A stretch of 64,000 nt of DNA from Synechococcus sp. (lineage in GTDB: Bacteria; Cyanobacteriota; Cyanobacteriia; Thermostichales; PCC-7336): contig JBFRWN010000082.1 in the NCBI GenBank assembly GCA_051439605.1, positions 28,100 through 92,099 of the forward strand, given 5' to 3'. Made by a program: the position numbers and the translations under genes. Below the pieces are notes generated by a model that was given only the letters and a program-made list of their open reading frames with translations, had not been told where the DNA came from and made no database searches. Shown in pieces: positions 60,052 to 64,000 of the stretch (its first letter is position 1; the number at the start of each line of letters is the position of its first letter).

Positions 60052-60927
60052 TTAATTTCCCTGCTGTAGAAAATCACCAAAGTTCAAAATTGCGCTTTGG
60101 TTGCTTACAACCGTCTTGACATTGTCGGGTAAATTGCGGACGTACTCTAGCTGAATCACATCGGGGTTTTCCTTAATGGCTTGGCCCTTCAGCTCAATTG
60201 CCTCTGCCTCTCCTTCTGCCTCAACGACCACTCGTTGGGCAATCAACTTAGCCTGCTCGACGCGATAAACCTCCCGCTGTTTCTCCTGTTCGGCAATCTG
60301 TTTAGCTTCAATCGCCGATTGAAACTCGCGAGAAAACTCCACGTTACGCAGTAAAAGGCTCTGCAAAACCAGCCCCTCTTTCTTCATCACCTCTTCCAGC
60401 TCTGCCTGAATTCGATCTTGGATTTCGGCCCGCTGTTCCGAATAGACGCCAATAGCCGAGTACCGCGCAATGACGTTTCTTACCACCGCCTGGGACGCAG
60501 GACGGATAATTTTGCCTAAATAGTTGGGGCCCACATTTTGATGGACGAGGGCAACGCTATCGGGCTGTAACCGAAAACGAACAGAGATATCGAGATCCAC
60601 CCGTTGGCCATCTGCGGTTAAAGCGGTGAGTGAGTCGGCAATCCTTTGGCTACGTTCTTCATTTTGCGAGGTCATGTTGTAGGTTTGCGTGCGGACATCG
60701 TACAGCACGGGAAACTCAAGTGCTGGGACCAACAGGTGGATGCCTTCCCTGCGGGGGGTAAGTTCCGTCCCCAACAGGCGATTAAAGATAACGGCTTCGT
60801 ATCCTGGCTGAACGATCAGCAGACAGCGGGGAATAACCAGCAAAGCAAATAAAAGAATAATGAGCCAGGGAAAGAGATTGAATTGGGGTGCTTGAATATT
60901 TTTGCCAGGAGAATAGGGGGGGCGCAT
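60052..60927 (-). CDS. Prohibitin / SPFH (band 7) family protein
   Basis: N-terminal TM, YDVR, LTADGQ, AIEAKQIAEQE and EAEGEAEA motifs. Confidence 0.92.
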   Translation of the reverse strand: MRPPYSPGKNIQAPQFNLFPWLIILLFALLVIPRCLLIVQPGYEAVIFNRLLGTELTPRREGIHLLVPALEFPVLYDVRTQTYNMTSQNEERSQRIADSLTALTADGQRVDLDISVRFRLQPDSVALVHQNVGPNYLGKIIRPASQAVVRNVIARYSAIGVYSEQRAEIQDRIQAELEEVMKKEGLVLQSLLLRNVEFSREFQSAIEAKQIAEQEKQREVYRVEQAKLIAQRVVVEAEGEAEAIELKGQAIKENPDVIQLEYVRNLPDNVKTVVSNQSAILNFGDFLQQGN

Positions 60928-61009
60928 GCAGTTCTACTAATTCCTCTACGAAATTCATAGTAGCTGCAGGTGATGGGTAGATTGTAGGCTGAGGCAAGAT
61001 TTTGAGGGT

Positions 61010-61396
61010 TTACGAAGGAGAATCGCAGTCCAGCAAGGTCATGAAGAAACGTTGTAGGCGATCGCACCGTTCCCCCAAGCTCACCTGCAACTGTCGCTGT
61101 TTTTCCCCAGTTTTCAAGACGTTCAGGCGCATCAGGCCCGATCCTAAAATTTGAATTTCCTTGAAAATTTCCGTGTTGTAGTGCTGTAGCTGTTGTCGAT
61201 GTTGCAACGATAGAGTCGCCAGCATAGCTTGAAATTGAGTTTGGAGATCAGTGTGCACAGCGATCGCGACTTGAGTCTCAGTCTGAGTTATGGCAGCTTT
61301 CAACTTCGAAGCTTGCTGTTGCATACCTAAATACTGGGTGGAAATTGATTTAGGAAGGGAGAACATCTGCATTGTTGTATGGCTAGCGTTTCCCAA
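61010..61396 (-). CDS. Hypothetical protein, PatD-like (start uncertain)
   Basis: QHYNTEIFKEIQIL...LGERCDRLQRF resembles the recalled PatD C-terminal pattern. Confidence 0.5.
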   Translation of the reverse strand: MGNASHTTMQMFSLPKSISTQYLGMQQQASKLKAAITQTETQVAIAVHTDLQTQFQAMLATLSLQHRQQLQHYNTEIFKEIQILGSGLMRLNVLKTGEKQRQLQVSLGERCDRLQRFFMTLLDCDSPS

Positions 61397-61463
61397 TCTG
61401 ACTCTTTTTCAGGATTGACGGTCGCTATAAAGCGCATTCACTGAGTTCTTGGGGAGCGGGCCA

Positions 61464-61787
61464 TCAGTTCTCCAAGTACTGCTCCTCTAGCACCATCTCC
61501 ATGCGCAATCTGCGAGAAATTGAGATAGCATGCTGAGGGTTCCATTGATGGGTAGCAATCGACGCTAGAACTGGATGCAGCCATAAACAATTAGCATCCT
61601 TGATGAACATGTCGCTATTCGGATATTGCTCTTGGAAAGCGTCTATAAAACCTGAGTCTGCAGAAATTTCATCCCAGAAAGTCTGCGCATTGCCTCCGAG
61701 CGCTGCGGCAAGTTGGGCGGCGTCCACAAACTCGCCACGGGTTCGGATATCGTGTTTCTCTAGAAGGTGTTGAAAGATGTCCATCAA
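61464..61787 (-). CDS. Small hypothetical protein, KilA-N-like
   Basis: IR...FVDAAQLAAALG and WLHPVLA...W.P..AI match KilA-N spacing; SD GAGG upstream. Confidence 0.55.
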   Translation of the reverse strand: MMDIFQHLLEKHDIRTRGEFVDAAQLAAALGGNAQTFWDEISADSGFIDAFQEQYPNSDMFIKDANCLWLHPVLASIATHQWNPQHAISISRRLRMEMVLEEQYLEN

Positions 61788-61949
61788 ATAGCCTCAACAG
61801 TTTGCAGATCGGTTCTAAGACTTGCCAAGTCCAATTCATTCATCTCTGGCGATCGCCATCGCCCCTTTATACTGTCACTGAGATGTTGGCGCCACCCTTT
61901 AGCTCGATAAGAAAGCAGAGTGAGGGGCGCTTCAGCCCATCCACAAGAC

Positions 61950-62450
61950 CTATTTTCTAGATCCCACCATCGACTTCGGAGTCAATAGCTCCTGCAACAA
62001 CCCGGCTCCCAACCGCAACCGTCCTGCCGGAAACTCAACAATCGCTACCCCAGCCTTCTTCATTTGAATGCAGCCGCTCGCCTGCCCCCACACAGCTAGC
62101 TCAACCCAGGCCCCTAAATCGGGCTGATGCCCTACCACCGCGATCGCGTTAATACCCTGCTTTTGCGATCGCCACCAGGTTTCTAACTCGTTAAAATCTC
62201 CCCCGGGAGCCAGTGCCTCAAATGTGTCCACCACAGGTGCCAAACCTGTCTGCCGAAGAATCTCGGCCGTTTGCTGCGCCCTGACAAGCGGACTGGACAG
62301 CACAACATCCCAACAAACACCGCGAGCTTGTAACCATTCAGCAATCTGTTTCGTGCGCTCCTGACCTTTGGGGGTGAGAGGACGGTCGATATCCGGCAAT
62401 CCTGCTGCGCGCTCCACGGCAATTCCATGTCGCACAAACATCAACTGCAT
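61950..62450 (-). CDS. sixA: Phosphohistidine phosphatase SixA
   Basis: RHGIA, RPLTPKG, SSPLVRAQQTA, VGHQP and MKKAG motifs. Confidence 0.93.
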   Translation of the reverse strand: MQLMFVRHGIAVERAAGLPDIDRPLTPKGQERTKQIAEWLQARGVCWDVVLSSPLVRAQQTAEILRQTGLAPVVDTFEALAPGGDFNELETWWRSQKQGINAIAVVGHQPDLGAWVELAVWGQASGCIQMKKAGVAIVEFPAGRLRLGAGLLQELLTPKSMVGSRK

Positions 62451-63266
62451 CGAAAGTTCGCTCCACTATGCCATCAGTTCAAGTGTAAAGGCTGCATATA
62501 CAGTGTTGCTTTTAAGCACCGATAGCGTCGCAAATTGAGCAAGGAACACGGGGCAAATCTATCCGAGCCTGACTGTTGGCCGCTAGGAATTGCTCGAATA
62601 AGTCAGCGTCTAAATTTCCCCCCCAAGTTAAAAACAATCGCTCGTAGCAAAGGAAAGCCGAAGAGCAGCCTACCGAGCTTGAACGAACAGACGTCTATGG
62701 TCATATTTAATACGTTTAGTTAATGAGAGCTGGAAAATAAATATCTTTGATCTGCAGTCAATCACTAAGAACCGACCCAACAACTGCTCCATACCGCAGC
62801 CTATTTCTGCATAGTTTAAGTTGTGGATAAGTTGGGGTTTAAATTGGCGATCTTTCGTTGTGGATGCAATTCATTTCAAGGAATCTAGTAAGCAAGCAAA
62901 CGAACTGCTTCCCACAGCGTTGACTCTTCAGGAGTACTTTTTCAATGAAACTCAGATATCGCGGTACTCAATTCCAGACATTTTCCCAAGCCGTAACCAC
63001 CGAATCCACCGACCTAATAGCTAACTTTCATGGCAGCTCTTTTCCAGTCCAGCGTGCCGTTCATCAAATCTCTACGCCATCCTTCAATCCTCTGTTCTTA
63101 GGCAGAAAAGCTTACTAATCTTTGTCCATGGTCATCACCTATATCGCGCTTTTCCTAAAGGTATTCAAGACAGTGCTGCTGTGCAAAAAATGCTGCGATA
63201 AGAAACCATGGTGAATTCGCTTTTCAAACTTTATCAGTAGAAATTGTAAATTTCCAGCAGGAGTTC

Positions 63267-63611
63267 ATGATGCATCCCTCCCAAACTCAGCAGATCGCGA
63301 TCGCTCAACTCACCGAAACTATTCGTAACCTTCAACAGCAACTGGCCGAAGTCAGCCAACGTTTGGAATTTGTGGAAGGGATCGCAAAGGTTCCTTCAAG
63401 CAGCGAAGATACTTATACAGAAGGGCATCCTGTCTTCTTGGGCAGACAATACCAGAAGTCTGATTTGGAGCTAGAACGCAGCGAAAGCGATCGCGACGGC
63501 CACTTCTTAGGCAATAGCTACACTGTTGCCAACACAAAAGTTGAAATGAAAAATGATGGCACAAAGCGTCGATTCTTAGGACGCGAGTTTGATGGCCAAG
63601 AACTGAAATAA
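63267..63611 (+). CDS. Hypothetical protein with coiled coil and three FLG(R/N)x(Y/F) repeats (DUF4278-like)
   Basis: SD AGGAG; VFLGRQY, HFLGNSY and RFLGREF repeats. Confidence 0.6.
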   Translation: MMHPSQTQQIAIAQLTETIRNLQQQLAEVSQRLEFVEGIAKVPSSSEDTYTEGHPVFLGRQYQKSDLELERSESDRDGHFLGNSYTVANTKVEMKNDGTKRRFLGREFDGQELK

Positions 63612-63676
63612 GGTTTCAAAATTACCCTTTCCATAAAATTAATTGGAGGTGGAAGATGTCTTCCCGCCTCCTTTTG

Positions 63677-63873
63677 TATAGCAGCCGAACAGGTAGTCAG
63701 GACAATTTTCTGAAGGCATTGTCTACAGCTTCCCAAAGGGTTTCAAAATGGTGTAGCGTTTTGCGGAGATAGTGTTTCAGACGTGCCCAGAATTTCTCAA
63801 TCTTGTTGAGGTCTGGGGAATAGGGCGGCAGAAACAGCAACTTACATCCTGCCTGCTCAATCAGCTCCTGAAT
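63677..63873 (-). mobile_element. IS630-family element, 3' end of transposase and terminal sequence
   Basis: Manual translation IQELIEQAGCKLLFLPPYSPDLNKIEKFWARLK...FRKLS* (stop at 63697-63699); ends at TATA 63677-63680, consistent with a TA target. Confidence 0.88.
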
Positions 63874-64000
63874 ACCTGAGTTCGACGTAAGCCAGGTCTT
63901 CTGAAAGCCCCAAAATAGAAGGCAGAGTAAAGGTTAGAAAGAATCCTCAGATGGAATTGGAGCAGCTGTTTTGGGATGTCGATGATTTTTGCCAGAGCTT
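63874..64000 (+). mobile_element. IS982-family element, left end and transposase start (runs off window)
   Basis: Begins ACCTGAGTTCGACGTAAG; ATG at 63951 gives MELEQLFWDVDDFCQS, a typical IS982 transposase N-terminus. Confidence 0.8.

Larger units (their letters stand above)
422..63493. repeat. Dispersed HIP1 octamer GCGATCGC
   Basis: Many copies across the window (e.g. near 422, 3312, 5936, 11817 and 47574); a known cyanobacterial repeat. Confidence 0.9.

Noticed and set aside
62540..62680. c-di-GMP-I riboswitch (GGGGCAAA start)
   Set aside because: The GACGCAAAG junction and paired stems could not be found.

Overview
Chromosomal window from a cyanobacterium, shown by the allophycocyanin operon apcABC, pedR, a CYP38-type cyclophilin and frequent HIP1 GCGATCGC octamers. 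Most of it is housekeeping: aroC, secDF, sfsA, nadE, tRNA-Pro, type IV pilin, rsfS, yqeK, hom, pyrC-like, aroK, recA, purH, mtnP, dxr, ureA, metF, cysC and sixA. An accessory stretch at about 28.6-50.8 kb holds the most interesting material. (1) A six-gene co-oriented unit at 39243-44520: AhpD-like CxxC protein, ArsS-family arsenosugar radical SAM enzyme, an atypical metallophosphoesterase, and a PhnDEC-type ABC importer whose binding protein resembles hypophosphite-binding HtxB. No arsM, htxA, ptxD or C-P lyase is present in the window, so this is a candidate organoarsenical or reduced-phosphorus uptake-and-conversion system. (2) An AT-rich pair encoding an RhlA/PhaG-like acyltransferase and a JmjC oxygenase. 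(3) An AT-rich FMO/SDR/SDR/esterase islet. (4) A 1200-aa beta-helix surface protein divergent from an Asp/Asn beta-hydroxylase-sulfotransferase fusion. IS982- and IS630-family remnants are present, including one apparently nested insertion. No CRISPR array, rRNA or prophage was seen. All family assignments come from motif recognition by eye, not database searches.
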